A stretch of DNA of 64,000 bases from an uncultured Clostridia bacterium (GTDB lineage Bacteria > Bacillota > Clostridia > TANB77 > CAG-508), in assembly GCA_949443285.1 (NCBI GenBank), contig CASSLW010000008.1, positions 460-64,459 of the forward strand. Reading direction: 5' to 3'. Positions 28,836 through 40,884 of this stretch are shown here, one piece after another (the stretch's first letter is position 1; each line of letters starts with the position of its first letter). The notes under the pieces were generated by a model. It ran no database searches. It was not told the origin of the DNA and saw only the letters and a program-made list of their open reading frames with translations. The translations under genes were made by a program, and so were the position numbers.

Positions 28836-30296
28836 CTAAAACAAAGACGGTTCTGGTTTTTGTATTATCCCCTGTTCTTCTTTTAGTCTTTCAATTTCTT
28901 TTTTCTTTTCATCTTCTGATAAGCTGTCACCATACATTGTGTCTACTGATTTTTCTATGCTCATTACGTTTTGTCCTGGTCTAGCTTTCGACACAGTTTC
29001 CACTGTTGCTTCGAAACTTGGGTTAGCATACTCTTTGAAATCAACCGTTGCCTCATAGTCTCCTGCTATTTTTCCTTGTGCTTTATCATATGCCTTTAAG
29101 CACGTAACTACTAACTTTGGAATAACTTTTTCAAGAACATCTAATGCTTTCCCCCTTGTGTACTGCGTTGCTTTTTCCTTTTCTCTTTGTGCATCTGCAT
29201 TGTCCAATTTCTTTACATCTATTCCCAAAGTACTTGGGCTGATTAATCCTTGCAAACACAAATCTAATGCTGTTATATAACTTTGTAGCATTCCTTCATA
29301 GTCAAAGTCGCTGTTTTCTCTTGTTATTTGGCTTCCTTTATCTTCTGTGGCATTGCTTCCTACTTTGGCATATCTCCTGTCGAACGTGTTAGGTTCTAAG
29401 AAATCCCCATTTTTATTTTGTGGAATTAAATCATCAGGAATATAAGTTATTGTCTTATTATCTCTTATTGCTTCTATCCATTGACTCCACACTTCGTCAA
29501 GGCTATCAAAAGCATCTAATTTCTTTTCTAATATACTTTGACCTCTGCCTTTAAATTTTTTTGACTTATTAAACATCATAGGCACAGCCATTATAAAGCT
29601 ATTATCCTTTATTTCACTAAGTTCTTTTGTTTCTTCTAATTCTTTGTAATCACTTAGTAAATGTTCATTTTTGTATAACTCACATTTAATTCCTGATTTT
29701 GTATATTTTTCAATCAATGTGTAATTTGCATTCTTTTTATTATATCTAGTTTTAAAATTAACACCAGTTATTCTGCTTCTTTTATAATCATAATCCACAT
29801 CTTGACCACTACAAAATTCAATGATTGGATATTTGCTTATATCTGTGTCATAACTTATCTTAAATGCACCGTCTCCGAATATAAATGTGTCAATAATTGC
29901 TTGTTTTAATGTTTCTTTAAAATCATTTTCCTTTGCTATCTCTTCCCATTTTTCTTGTGCGTCATTATTGCCTTTTACTTCTATCTTGTTAAAGCTATCC
30001 ACTATTATATCAGCAAGCATATCAACTATCATAGCTGGCAGACCTGTATGGATTTTTCTGAAATTTATCCCATTTGTGCTTATAGACGCCCAGAATTTAG
30101 CATTTCCCATTAAATCGTCGGTTTGTGTGTAGTACTGATGTAATTCAGATGCATCACCCCTATACCACAACAAATTCCTGAAACAGCTACCTTCAAACGT
30201 ATTAGTTTCTTGTATTGTTATTGTATCTCCCACACTGGGTTGTATCTGTAACCAGTTTCGTATTACACTTTTTATTTTCTCGTTTACTGTTCCCAT
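28836..30296 (-). CDS. Portal protein
   Basis: 486 aa after terminase; GLISPSTLGID. Confidence 0.85.
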   Translation of the reverse strand: MGTVNEKIKSVIRNWLQIQPSVGDTITIQETNTFEGSCFRNLLWYRGDASELHQYYTQTDDLMGNAKFWASISTNGINFRKIHTGLPAMIVDMLADIIVDSFNKIEVKGNNDAQEKWEEIAKENDFKETLKQAIIDTFIFGDGAFKISYDTDISKYPIIEFCSGQDVDYDYKRSRITGVNFKTRYNKKNANYTLIEKYTKSGIKCELYKNEHLLSDYKELEETKELSEIKDNSFIMAVPMMFNKSKKFKGRGQSILEKKLDAFDSLDEVWSQWIEAIRDNKTITYIPDDLIPQNKNGDFLEPNTFDRRYAKVGSNATEDKGSQITRENSDFDYEGMLQSYITALDLCLQGLISPSTLGIDVKKLDNADAQREKEKATQYTRGKALDVLEKVIPKLVVTCLKAYDKAQGKIAGDYEATVDFKEYANPSFEATVETVSKARPGQNVMSIEKSVDTMYGDSLSEDEKKKEIERLKEEQGIIQKPEPSLF

Positions 30297-30309
30297 ACAT
30301 TATGCTCCT

Positions 30310-30504
30310 TTAATTAATTAAATCCTCTATATATTCTTCAAGTTCTATTATGCAACCAAATAGTTGTCTTTTCTTTCTGAACTTCCAAAATGGCAATTCA
30401 TTTATAGTCATTTCTAGTGTTCTAACTATCCCTTTGTTTAGCTCCACAAAGGCAGGCATAAAAGCTCCATCTTTATCTACTTTAAATAAACCTAAATCTC
30501 CCAT
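30310..30504 (-). CDS. Hypothetical phage protein
   Basis: Fills the gap between terL and portal. Confidence 0.5.
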   Translation of the reverse strand: MGDLGLFKVDKDGAFMPAFVELNKGIVRTLEMTINELPFWKFRKKRQLFGCIIELEEYIEDLIN

Positions 30505-30507
30505 TTT

Positions 30508-31860
30508 CTAATCCTCACTTTCGTCTTTGATCAGTTTCTTTATTACTTCCCAGTTTCCAATTTTCTTTTTGTGCGGTAACCACGCATATTGACAGCCGTT
30601 TATGCTATGGTCATTTCCGTCCTCAGGTTGATTGTTTTCATCAAAACTATATTTGTCGCATTCTTCTATATAGTCTTTGCAAGTTTCAACAACTAAAAAA
30701 TCACCAGTTCCCAACCAACTTTCTTGTAGTTGAACTCTAGTGATTATTTTTGTTTTCTTCCACGCATTCTCAAAATTATAAATTAAATTATTTTGCCTTT
30801 TAGCTTTTCTTGCTTCCATTATTGTTCCTTGGTCTGCATTGTCTATGTAGCATATTCTTGCAAAGCCCCATTCGTTTTTGAACTCTTCCATAAACTCTAC
30901 AATCCACTGAACTACGTCACTTGGTGCAAATGGTATTGTTCTATCTTTGTTATTGTATGTTTTTTCTTTTAGCAATACACATTTACCGTCTACTGTTATT
31001 CCAATTCCTTCAATTGTTACTTTATCGTGGGTTTCTTTACTGTATGAAGTATCGCAGCCAACTGAAAATATTTTAAATTTAAGCTTTCTTGCTTCTTCTA
31101 GTGTTATTATGTTTTTAGGTTGTAAATCAAAGCACAATCCTGTTGCTTTTCCTCTTAGTCCTAAAATTTTATTTTTATACATTTTAGTTCCAATTGGGGT
31201 TGCATCTTTTTTCTCTTGTATGTCTTCTGCTGTTAATGCTGCATTATCATTAAAAGTAAAATACCAATGAACCCAACCTTTTACGTGTGGCTCTTTTAAT
31301 TCTTTTAGTAATTCAGCTGGATAGTCTTTAATATACTTGTCTAGTGGTCTACTTTTATTTATAAACTCCTTATATATATCAAGACTGGGGTCATCTGGAT
31401 TAGATGTGGTCATCATATATTTGCATCTGTGTGTTATTTCTCTCATAAACTCCATATTAGACAAGTTTACTTCGTCGAGATATACGCACCCTACTTGTCC
31501 ACCTAAAACCTTTTTCCAGCGTTTCTTATCGCCATAGCCACATATATAAATTATCTTCTCACCCTTGTTTGTTTCATATCGTATGTGTGGCAGTCTTATT
31601 TTGTCTTTTCCTTTTGGCCAGTAATCTGCTACACCTTCAAACTGGTCTAGCAAACCATTTTCTGCATTCACCACATTCTTTTCTGCTGTTCCTACATCTT
31701 CCCCAGCTATAACGTGAAATTTCTTGTCGGAACCTGCAACCATACACATAAACTTAAATATTCCTACCGTTGTTTTTCCTGCCGCTGTTGTCCCCTCTAG
31801 GAACTCTCTTTTGCATTTAACTTGCAAGAACTCTTTATATTTTGCACTTAGTTTAAGCAT
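30508..31860 (-). CDS. terL: Terminase large subunit
   Basis: EGTTAAGKT Walker A, VYLDE Walker B, nuclease DGNDHSIN. Confidence 0.9.
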   Translation of the reverse strand: MLKLSAKYKEFLQVKCKREFLEGTTAAGKTTVGIFKFMCMVAGSDKKFHVIAGEDVGTAEKNVVNAENGLLDQFEGVADYWPKGKDKIRLPHIRYETNKGEKIIYICGYGDKKRWKKVLGGQVGCVYLDEVNLSNMEFMREITHRCKYMMTTSNPDDPSLDIYKEFINKSRPLDKYIKDYPAELLKELKEPHVKGWVHWYFTFNDNAALTAEDIQEKKDATPIGTKMYKNKILGLRGKATGLCFDLQPKNIITLEEARKLKFKIFSVGCDTSYSKETHDKVTIEGIGITVDGKCVLLKEKTYNNKDRTIPFAPSDVVQWIVEFMEEFKNEWGFARICYIDNADQGTIMEARKAKRQNNLIYNFENAWKKTKIITRVQLQESWLGTGDFLVVETCKDYIEECDKYSFDENNQPEDGNDHSINGCQYAWLPHKKKIGNWEVIKKLIKDESED

Positions 31861-32375
31861 TACACATCATCTACACTTTGCATTTGACTTAGTATATCGG
31901 TTATGGCATTTTTCTTTTCTTCTTTTTCTTTAACGTTTACATCTAATCTATCGTTAAACATTCCCAAATGCCTTCCAAGCAGTTCTAAAGCTTGTACCTT
32001 GTCGGCTGATTTTATTTCTATTCCGTTTCTTCCTTCTTTAATGCTTACTATTGCTTTTTTGACATTTTCTTCTAAGTCGTCTGTGTTTTTTATTTCTACT
32101 TGATTTTCTTTTACAGTTGCAAATTCTGTTGCGTTGCTAAACGCTATCGCCGCTAATTCTTGTATTACTTTCTCTTGAGTTATTTCTGTTCTTTGTTCTA
32201 TTTCCTTTTGTTTTTCCGAAATATAACTTTGAATGTTGGTATTTGTTAGCAATTTACTTCCATTTGTTCTTGCTGTTAAATCTGATTTGCATTTTTTATA
32301 AGCAACCTTATATGCTCTTGTAGCATTAAGGTCTACTAAGTACTCATCACAAAATCTTTTTTGTGCATCTGTCAT
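31860..32375 (-). CDS. terS: Terminase small subunit
   Basis: QKRFCDEYLVDLNATRAY, ALELLGRHLGMF. Confidence 0.92.
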   Translation of the reverse strand: MTDAQKRFCDEYLVDLNATRAYKVAYKKCKSDLTARTNGSKLLTNTNIQSYISEKQKEIEQRTEITQEKVIQELAAIAFSNATEFATVKENQVEIKNTDDLEENVKKAIVSIKEGRNGIEIKSADKVQALELLGRHLGMFNDRLDVNVKEKEEKKNAITDILSQMQSVDDV

Positions 32376-32519
32376 ATAAGATTACCTCTCTTTCTTTTAT
32401 TTTTTCTTAATTTGCTTTATCATTGTGTCAATTACCACTACTACTATAAAAAGTGTAAGGCTGATTCCTATTGCTCCTAAGCAAAATAAAATAACATCTA
32501 AAAATATATTCCACATTTT

Positions 32520-32792
32520 CTATACTTCCTTTCTTGTAACAACATCTATTATCTTAGCTCTTACATGGGCTTCCCAAGTATAATAAGCCCCTGACCTCGA
32601 TACTATTTCGTCTTTTATCTCAAACACTACTTTTCTATGTTGAGACCTTAATATGCTGTTTACCTTTGCCATACTTTTCTTTGACTCGTCGCATTCATAG
32701 CCTCTTTGTTTTAAATATTTTACGGCTAATTTGTTTTTATATTCACTAACTTTTTTCTCCAAGTTATCCATTCTCTTTGCTTTTATAAACAT
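32520..32792 (-). CDS. Hypothetical phage protein
   Basis: ORF with RBS in the phage direction. Confidence 0.55.
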   Translation of the reverse strand: MFIKAKRMDNLEKKVSEYKNKLAVKYLKQRGYECDESKKSMAKVNSILRSQHRKVVFEIKDEIVSRSGAYYTWEAHVRAKIIDVVTRKEV

Positions 32793-33535
32793 AACTCTTC
32801 CCCTCTTTAAATTATCGAACTCATAGTTTTGTGATGTTTTAAATAATCTTTTGCGCTCCAGTATTTAAGTCCCTTTTCTTTTGCTTTATTTATGTATTCT
32901 GTTGCTGTTTGTTTTGTCCATTTTCTTGTCATTCTTCTCACTCTCCTTAAATCCTATTTGGTTTCTTTTTTCTTTCTCTAATACATACTTATTATTTTCT
33001 GTTTGAATTTCTATATAAGCTGTTTTGTAATTTGTCTTATCTATTAAATTGCTTATTTTGTCTAATATTTTTGCTTCCATTTTGTTTCTTCCTCCTGTAT
33101 TCAAAACACTTTATATAAAATTTACATTGTTCGCATTTTCTCCTAATGCAATTGTTGTAATTGAATTTATCTTTCATAGCGCACACACTTTGTACATATG
33201 GCATTATTGCATTCAAATGTTCTTATTTCGCAGTCTTGTCCTTTTCTGTTTTTGCAATTCTTACAGTGCTCTTGTATATATTTTTCTAATCTTTCTTTTG
33301 TTGTCATATGTAACACCTTCTTTTTCTATAAACACTATGCAAAACGCAATGGATTTTCATAGAACGCTATTCTACTATTCTTGCAACAAGACCGAAGAAG
33401 TAATGCATTTTTTATATTGTTGCCTTCTTATTTAATGCACTCGAACCTTTTGCTCCGCCTTCCCTTTTCTTACGTCCTGCATACTATTTATAAATAATAA
33501 AATGGAAGCCCACTCTATCTTCCAGTTATAGGGCT

Positions 33536-33610
33536 TGGTGGAAAGACTTGGAATTGAACCAAGGCACTTTGGGCTTCAACCAAATGCTCTACCAACTGAG
33601 CTATCTTTCC
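33536..33610 (-). tRNA. tRNA-Phe(GAA), prophage-encoded
   Basis: Acceptor GGAAAGA/TCTTTCC, D arm GCTCAGTTGGTAGAGC, anticodon arm TTTGG-TTGAAGC-CCAAA, T loop TTCAATT, CCA. Confidence 0.9.
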
Positions 33611-33831
33611 ATATTAGAACCCACTAGGAAAGCTCTACTTGTTATATTTTTTAAACAACTTATCAAAATAAAAAGGAGGTGCTCATAATGAACACTTTAT
33701 ATTAATTACCTAGTATATTAATATCTAAAATACAAAAGAGCAAACATTTAAAACGTTTACTCTTCTTAACCAGCTTTAATATTAAATAGGGTTCTTTATT
33801 TAATATTTCCAATTGTATATATAACATATTT

Positions 33832-34261
33832 CTAGTGTGACTTACTGTAACTTTTTGTGACTTCTTCAAATTTTTTTAATGCTATTCCGTTTGCTCTTCT
33901 CATGTATTCATAATTATAATGCATTTCACTTGCTACTGTTACTAGCGATTTCCCTTGTATGTATCTTTTTTCTAATATTAGTCTATATGGCTGTTCTACT
34001 TTGTCTAATTGTTCTAATATTTCTTTTTGTTTGCTATCTTCTTCTGTTATTTTTTGTAGTAATTCGTTTACATTGTCTAATAATATTGCTATTTTTTCTG
34101 CTATGCTATCTTCTACTTTTCTACTTCCGCTTCGGCATATCTGACAACGTTGCTGTTATGCTTGTTATGCTTTCTTCGTATCCTTCTATGTATTCTCTTC
34201 TGCCTTTTATCCATTCTTGATTGTATTTGTAATCTTTTAAATCTTTTCTGTCTTTATTCAT
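33832..34261 (-). CDS. ArpU/RinA-like late transcription activator, with +1 shift at CGG 34127-34129 (142 aa)
   Basis: LSDMPK-GSRKVEDSIAEKI...YRLILEKRYIQGKSLVTVASEMHYNY; missed by the ORF track; usual position before the packaging module. Confidence 0.8.
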
Positions 34262-34591
34262 TTGTGCCTCCTTTATTTTTTATTTCTTCTAGTGTCTCTT
34301 CTATGTAGTCTGCTAGCATACTATGTGCTAGTTTATATGCTTCGTCTTTGCTTATTTGTTGTAGTGTTCTATATCTTTTTAAGTCTTTCTTTAATTTTTC
34401 TTGTATTTGTTGTGTTGTCATTTGTATCACACTCCTACCAGGGCTTTTGGTCTGTGTTGTTTTACTGCTCTTTCTACGGATTTCTTTTTCTGGTTTTAGA
34501 CTTTTTTCTTTTGTACGTTTCTTTTATTGTAGATAACGGTAATTTCTCTATTAAAACTTTATTTCTACTCATTTGTATCATCTCCGCTTCT

Positions 34592-37348
34592 TTACCATCT
34601 TCTTGAAAATCCGTTATGCTTTTCTAAATAATCTATTAATTCTTCTATACTATCTGTTTCACTATCTAATATAGCTGAATTTGCAGAACTCATATACTTT
34701 TTATAATCATCGAATACTTGAAATAATCTCCAATCTGCTTTTTCTAGTAAATCTGTTGCTATTGCTAAGTGAAATTTATTTGTATTAAGTACTCCTTGTA
34801 TTTTTATCAACTTTTCTATTTTTTCATTCATTTTACTTTACCTCCGCTTCTTTTACAAAATCTTTCAGCTTTTGATAATCTTTATCTCTAAATTGTTTGT
34901 TTTCATAACGTAAATTGCACGATATTTCAGTTGTTTCTATTCCTAAAAATAATTCTCCCTTTTTGCTAAAACTTATTATCTTATTTTTCTTGTCTATAAA
35001 AATAAATGTTTCTTCATCGTCATTGAATATCATTCTCCTTTACCTCTCTTTCTTTCAAATTATGTTCTCCTTCTTCTTCATTTATTTTGTAACAGCCATT
35101 TGTTGCCCAAATACATAATGCTATTATTCCTATGATTATTAATAATTTTATTACTGCTTCCATCTTATTTTACTCCTGTTTCTTTTGTTAGTTTGTTTAC
35201 TGCTCTTACTAGTTCGTTAATTTTATTTCTAGTTAAATTATTATAATAGTCAATATCAGTATTTAGCATATTTTCTACATCAGAGCAAGTATCGTTTAGT
35301 TCTTCTATTTCTTTGTTTTCTTCTATTACTTCTATTTCATCGTTTAAGTCTTCGTCTAAACATCGTTCTCCTCCTAACGTATTTTCATAGTCAGTTTTTA
35401 TTTTATCATCTTGTTTGTTATATATATATACTTCATTGCCGTACTTAAACTTAAATCCGTCTTCTAATGTTCCGTTTGCTTTTTTATTTAAAATATCTAT
35501 TATTTTCATCTTTCTACCTCCTAAATTTTATATTCTGCTTGCTCGAATTGTTCGTGTGTTACTATTGATAATAATTTAACTTCATTACAATCAATTGTTA
35601 TTTTAAAATCTAACATTGTTTTATCATCAAATATTTCTGCTTTAAAATCAAATACATCTCCTTTTAAATTTCTTAGATATACTATATCTTTTATTTCTAT
35701 CAAGTCTATTATGTTTTTGCTGTGTTTTACTATTTCGTCTTTTAATTTATTTTTCTCTAAAACACAAGTTAAATCTCCATATTCATCTGCAATACTATCA
35801 TCTAAAATATATCTGTTATCTTCTATTTCAATAATTTTATTTATGCCTTGATTTCTTGCTAATCTTACATACTCTCCAACTTTAATTTCCATCTATTATT
35901 CCACCTTTTCTACTAATCCTGCTTGGATTAAGTCGTATATTGTATTGTCTAATTCTCCATCAAGTCTAGTAATTTTTATAATTCTATTATTATCAATTCT
36001 GTAATATACTTTGTCATCATCAGCATTTGCTAAATATACTTTTTTGAAATATCCATCAGGAAATTTTTTGAATCCAAACTTTTCTAATTCTTTTAAATCT
36101 ACACTATCTTTTATTTTTAACATCTATTCCACCTCCAGTAATTCTTTTAAAATTGCTTGTTTTCCCAAATTATAATACGTATCTTTTTCAGTTATCATAG
36201 TTTCATTTAATCTATATTTTACTTTTTCAAATTTTTCTTCTACAACCTTTTTAAGTATTGAATTTTCTCTTAAATATAAGTATTCTTTGTATTGCAGTTT
36301 AGTTATTCCTATAAGTTGTCGCTCTTGTATGTTGTCTATGTATTTTTCGTTTAGCATATTTTCTTTTTGTATTGAATTTTCTATGTAGTTTAAGACTGTT
36401 TCTATTGCTTCTGTTCCATATACATAGCCTGCTTTTAATAAGTCTGTATCTTTTATTGCTTTTAAATATTTAACAGCTTCTTCTAATTCTTTATTCATCT
36501 TTACTCCTTTATTTTATAAATATCTAAGTCACACCTATTATAGGTATATTCCCTTGCTGTTTCTTGTCCTTTATCTAGCCTTATATCATATAGCCAATCA
36601 TAAATTATGCTTTCATTGTTCATTCCTATTATTGTTCCTGTCTGATAGCCTGTCCAATCTATGTAAACTTTTACTCTATCTCCAATATTGAACTTTGGCG
36701 TATATTTTATATCCATTTTAGCTCCTTTACTTTTTCGTTTATTGCTTGTAGTAATTTAGTAGTAATAGTAAAATCAAAAGGATAATCGTCTAATCCATCA
36801 ATAGTAAGTACTCTAATTTCTAAATATTTCTTATCAAATTCTATTCTGCTTGGTAACTCTATATCGTCATTTACATATAAAACACTTTCTTTATCTTCTC
36901 TTAGCATTTTAAATCCTTCAGCTTCAAACATCTCATCTGCTTTACTCATTGCTTGTTCCGCCTTTTGTATTTTATAGCATGCTGCTCTTACTTCCTTATA
37001 TATTTCTTGTGTTGTCCATTTTTTTCCATTAGTTCTAACAGTTATTGGTAATCTTTCTTCATAGCCTGCATAATCGTAGCAATGTGCATAATCCCATCCA
37101 ATAAAGTATCCTTCTAATTTTTGGCTATCCGATATATATAAATGATCTTCTTCGTATGTTATTCCACCATGTACCTCTATGTCTATATCGCTAATACCTT
37201 TACCAAAATATTTTGAATCTTCAGGTATTTTTATATAAGCTACTGGATGTGTTCCTAAACTTATAATGTAATACAATAACCCAAAACAGAAACCTGTATC
37301 TAGCACTTCTATTTTTCTATTAAATTGATATTTCATTTCTTTACTCAT
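34592..37348 (-). other. Cluster of small hypothetical early/middle phage genes (34592-34831, 34833-35033, 35165-35509, 35521-35892, 35896-36123, 36124-36498, 36501-36716, 36707-37348)
   Basis: Tightly packed co-directional ORFs with RBSs; no recognisable function. Confidence 0.7.
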
Positions 37349-37913
37349 TACTTTCTCCCTTCAAAATTTTTAGTATTTCTTTTTCTGTTTCCCACTTTGT
37401 TAATGCTATTGTTTTGCTTCTTAGCCAGCTTTTTCTGTCTGTTGCATTCGGATTGTTTTGTATAGCATTTTCGTAATATTTTACTGTTTCTATATTGTCT
37501 TGCATATCTTTTTCTAACTTCTTAATTAGCTTTTGCTTGTCCGCTTCTAGTTGTTCGTTTTTATCTAATATTTCCATTATTTTGCTATATAATTTCAATG
37601 CTTCTTCGTTTAATTTCTCTGGTCTTACTTCTGTCATTTCTTGTATAAATTTTTCTATTTCTTCTTTACTTAACATTGTTTTTTCGTTATAAACTTTCTT
37701 TTTTACTGAAGTCAAGCCCATTAAATAATCCAATGAACAGTTAAATAATTTGCACATTTTAAGCTTTACTTCATCGCTAGGAGCATTGGAGCTGTTTTCG
37801 TAATTTGCAATACTAGATTTCCCTTTTAAACCTAGCTTTAGTGCTAACTCTCTTTGCGTTAAATTGGATTCTAATCTTAAAATTTTAATTCTATCTCCTA
37901 TTAAATTATCCAC
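37341..37913 (-). CDS. XRE HTH domain phage protein
   Basis: GDRIKILRLESNLTQRELA...CSLDYLMG. Confidence 0.75.
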   Translation of the reverse strand: MDNLIGDRIKILRLESNLTQRELALKLGLKGKSSIANYENSSNAPSDEVKLKMCKLFNCSLDYLMGLTSVKKKVYNEKTMLSKEEIEKFIQEMTEVRPEKLNEEALKLYSKIMEILDKNEQLEADKQKLIKKLEKDMQDNIETVKYYENAIQNNPNATDRKSWLRSKTIALTKWETEKEILKILKGESNE

Positions 37914-38307
37914 TTTTTCTTTCTCCTTTCTAGCTTTTATTCTCCTTATAAATTTTATTTTTAAGATTTAATATGACATTTGAGCAATTTTCTTTCCTGT
38001 TTTGCATATTAAATCTGTTTTTTTGAGATTTATTCGTTTTGGTTTATCTAATATTCCTGCTTGTACAAATGTTACTTTCTTACACTCTTTTCTGCTACAA
38101 GTAAATTGTTTTGCACAAGTATTGCACTTATTGTTCATAATTTCATTTTCTCCTGTATTCCTAGAATTTGTTTTATTCGCTGTACTGGGTGTTCCACGTA
38201 TTCGCATTCCTTTTCGCCTGTAAATAACGGTAATTCCAACTTGTTACACCCAGCACACCAGTTGTTTTTTAGTGCTTTTGCACATATTCCTGTTAGCTTT
38301 AAATATT

Positions 38308-38526
38308 TCATTCTTGCTCCTTCAAGTAATATTTTTTAAAATTTACTATTGTTTCATCTTTATTTTTCTTGGTTATCCATTCTGTTTCAAATTCATAGCC
38401 TTCTTTTTTTAAGTCGTCTAATCTTGCTCCTAATTGAGTTATTCCCAAGTCTATATAAGCTTCATAGCTTGTTATACTTCCGTATTTCTTTATATGCTCT
38501 ATTATTTTTTCTTTTTGGTTTTTCAT
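38308..38526 (-). CDS. Winged-HTH phage protein
   Basis: GSITSYEAYIDLGITQLGARL. Confidence 0.7.
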   Translation of the reverse strand: MKNQKEKIIEHIKKYGSITSYEAYIDLGITQLGARLDDLKKEGYEFETEWITKKNKDETIVNFKKYYLKEQE

Positions 38527-38529
38527 TCG

Positions 38530-39102
38530 TTATTCACTCCTTTTTTGTGGGTTCATTAAATCGTAAAACAATTTGTCTTGTTCCTCTACTGTTAACAGTT
38601 CATACTCACTTGTCTTTTTCATTTCCGAAACAATCTGAACCACCCTTTTTGGTTTTTCTTCGATTTGCTTTTTATATTTATTAAATAAAATATAATATAT
38701 ATTATTTACATTATTGTTTGTGTTCACTGGCTGTTCATCTGCTGTTCGTTCGCTGTTCATTTGTTGTTCATTTGCTTGTTCACTTTTTTGATATGCGTCG
38801 TAGTTAACTATTGATATTACTGTGTATCGGCTTGTTTTTTGTTGTTCAATTTGATGTTCGTTTTCAAAACACTTTAATATACGATAAATTTTATTTTCTT
38901 GAACGTGAACAGCGTCTGATAATTTACTTCTTGATGTCAAAAGTTGACCTCTTTTTACTAAAATTTTTTCATTTCCCATAAATATTTCTTTGTCTTTGTG
39001 ATTTGCTTTTAAAAGTAAATATAACCATAAATGAACATATTCGCTTTTTCCAAACCACGAAGCTTCTATTAGTTTCCTATGTATCCTTATCCAACCTTCC
39101 AC
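38530..39102 (-). CDS. Phage replication initiator
   Basis: GWIRIHRKL, LWLYLLLKANH, RGQLLTS, ISIVNYDAYQ. Confidence 0.8.
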   Translation of the reverse strand: MEGWIRIHRKLIEASWFGKSEYVHLWLYLLLKANHKDKEIFMGNEKILVKRGQLLTSRSKLSDAVHVQENKIYRILKCFENEHQIEQQKTSRYTVISIVNYDAYQKSEQANEQQMNSERTADEQPVNTNNNVNNIYYILFNKYKKQIEEKPKRVVQIVSEMKKTSEYELLTVEEQDKLFYDLMNPQKRSE

Positions 39103-39156
39103 TTATGGTCTCCTTTCGTACAATAAAGGGCTAGTAATATTGCCTAGCCCTGTTGT

Positions 39157-39528
39157 TTAATCTATTTTTTCTATTTTGTTTATGTTTTTGTACATACTGA
39201 AATATTGTAGTCTTATTCCTGTTGTAGTTATTTTATACTTGTCCCCAATAGTTAATTGATTGTATAAATCTGTACTGTTGAATTTTCCTTTCCATAATAG
39301 ATCTTCAATTTTATATGTTTCACCATTATCTCCCGCAACTAAATATAAATCATCATCTCCACTTCTTTTTACATATTTATCTTTTACTACAATTTCAATT
39401 GTTTCTTCATTCTGGTAATCAACTGTACCAATATATATTGCCAAGCCCATTGTTCCTAAAAATATAATTCCTAAAACAACTCCTACTACTATTTCTATAG
39501 CTCCTTTTTCACTTTTAAATTTTCTCAT
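39157..39528 (-). CDS. Membrane-anchored OB-fold-like phage protein
   Basis: N-terminal TM; GKFNSTDLY, GIRLQYFSMYKNI. Confidence 0.6.
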   Translation of the reverse strand: MRKFKSEKGAIEIVVGVVLGIIFLGTMGLAIYIGTVDYQNEETIEIVVKDKYVKRSGDDDLYLVAGDNGETYKIEDLLWKGKFNSTDLYNQLTIGDKYKITTTGIRLQYFSMYKNINKIEKID

Positions 39529-39597
39529 TTTTCTTTTCCTCCTAATATTTTTTATAAATTAATTTTTCTTTACTCCAATTTGCTCCGTAAATGCCTT

Positions 39598-40002
39598 TTA
39601 ATTAGTTTCTATACTTGCCATTTGACATTCGCTAACTAATCCATCAATTAGAATTGACATTTCTTTTCTGTTCATTTCGCTACTGCCTTTATATACTTTG
39701 TAGTGTTTAAATGTTTTTCCGTTTAAAACGGATTCTCCTGCTTCTGCATAGTATTTAAAATATGGTTTCACATCTATATTTGCTACTACACTAACAATTT
39801 CACTTTGTCCGTATCTTTGTAACAATAAGAAGTGCAATTCTTCTTTACTTATTCTTAATACATTTGCTAATTGATTTACTAATTCCCAATAATAAGCATT
39901 TGCCTTTAGTCCTCTTTTCTCACTATATTCTTTTACTTCGTATTTCTTTTCTTTGTCTTGCTCTAGTAAAAATGTTATACATTTATTTGCTGTTCCTACC
40001 AT
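39598..40002 (-). CDS. NinB-like recombination accessory protein
   Basis: KRGLKANAYYW, GSSEMNRKEMSILID. Confidence 0.6.
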   Translation of the reverse strand: MVGTANKCITFLLEQDKEKKYEVKEYSEKRGLKANAYYWELVNQLANVLRISKEELHFLLLQRYGQSEIVSVVANIDVKPYFKYYAEAGESVLNGKTFKHYKVYKGSSEMNRKEMSILIDGLVSECQMASIETN

Positions 40003-40005
40003 TTT

Positions 40006-40821
40006 TTACTCCTGTTTTTCTGTATTTTCTTCTGTTGGAAATTGTAAACTTTGTTTGTTTGCATCTTCTAGTATCATATTTAATGCTTTCTTAATGATTG
40101 GGTCTGTTTTGTCGTTGTTGTATAGCCAATCACAATAGTTTCCATCTTTATGTACTAAATCTATTAATGTAGTTCCTTTGTATTTGCCGAAACTTAATTT
40201 CAAATTCTTTGCCTGTTCTATTGTCAATGTTGCGTCTTGTTCTTGTTGCATAAAATCTCCCATATCTTCAATATCTTGTGTGAACACTTCACTCAAACTC
40301 GCTACTTGTAAAACAGCATCTATAAAAGCTCTTTTTTTAGCCATTTTTAATATTGTATTTACTAAGCTACATATATCAGGGTTATTTATTTTGTATCTAA
40401 CTCTTCCATATTTATCTGTAATTTTTTCGCTTTGTCCTATATAGCTGTCTGGAATATTGTCTACGTTTATATATCTGTATTTTTTCTCTTTACTATTACA
40501 ACTTCCAACTCCCTGTGCTACTGGTTGTCCATTTCTAAATAATGTACATCTTATGTTATAACTAAAAAATTCTTTGTCGTAATCTTCAGTTGTTTGTAAA
40601 AATTCATATTCTGGATTTAATCCAAATAGCATACATATTTTTTCTCCTCCCGGTTTTAATAATGTTGGTTTACTAGTCCCCGGTACTTCTCCAAAATCGT
40701 GCCCCTTTTTTAATGTTTTTTGAACTACGTTTTGCATTTGTTGTATTTTTGCCATTGTGTTTGCTATATTGTCAATTTCTACTGTTTCTATAATGCTTAA
40801 AGCATTTATTTCATTACTCAT
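40006..40821 (-). CDS. Putative single-strand annealing/recombination protein
   Basis: KPTLLKPGGEKI, NTILKMAKKRAFIDAV; next to Gp157. Confidence 0.55.
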   Translation of the reverse strand: MSNEINALSIIETVEIDNIANTMAKIQQMQNVVQKTLKKGHDFGEVPGTSKPTLLKPGGEKICMLFGLNPEYEFLQTTEDYDKEFFSYNIRCTLFRNGQPVAQGVGSCNSKEKKYRYINVDNIPDSYIGQSEKITDKYGRVRYKINNPDICSLVNTILKMAKKRAFIDAVLQVASLSEVFTQDIEDMGDFMQQEQDATLTIEQAKNLKLSFGKYKGTTLIDLVHKDGNYCDWLYNNDKTDPIIKKALNMILEDANKQSLQFPTEENTEKQE

Positions 40822-40884
40822 TTATGTTCCCTCCATAAAAATTATTTTTATTATCTTTTAAATCTAAATAATTCATTGTTACAC

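Noticed and set aside
33435-33535. Additional tRNA next to tRNA-Phe (GGTTCGA motif and a short stem ending in CCA)
   Set aside because: No complete cloverleaf can be folded; at most a remnant.
26512-33610. Phage tRNAs as the CGGN-decoding adaptor
   Set aside because: Both have normal 7-nt anticodon loops (Gln TTG, Phe GAA) and cannot read CGGN.
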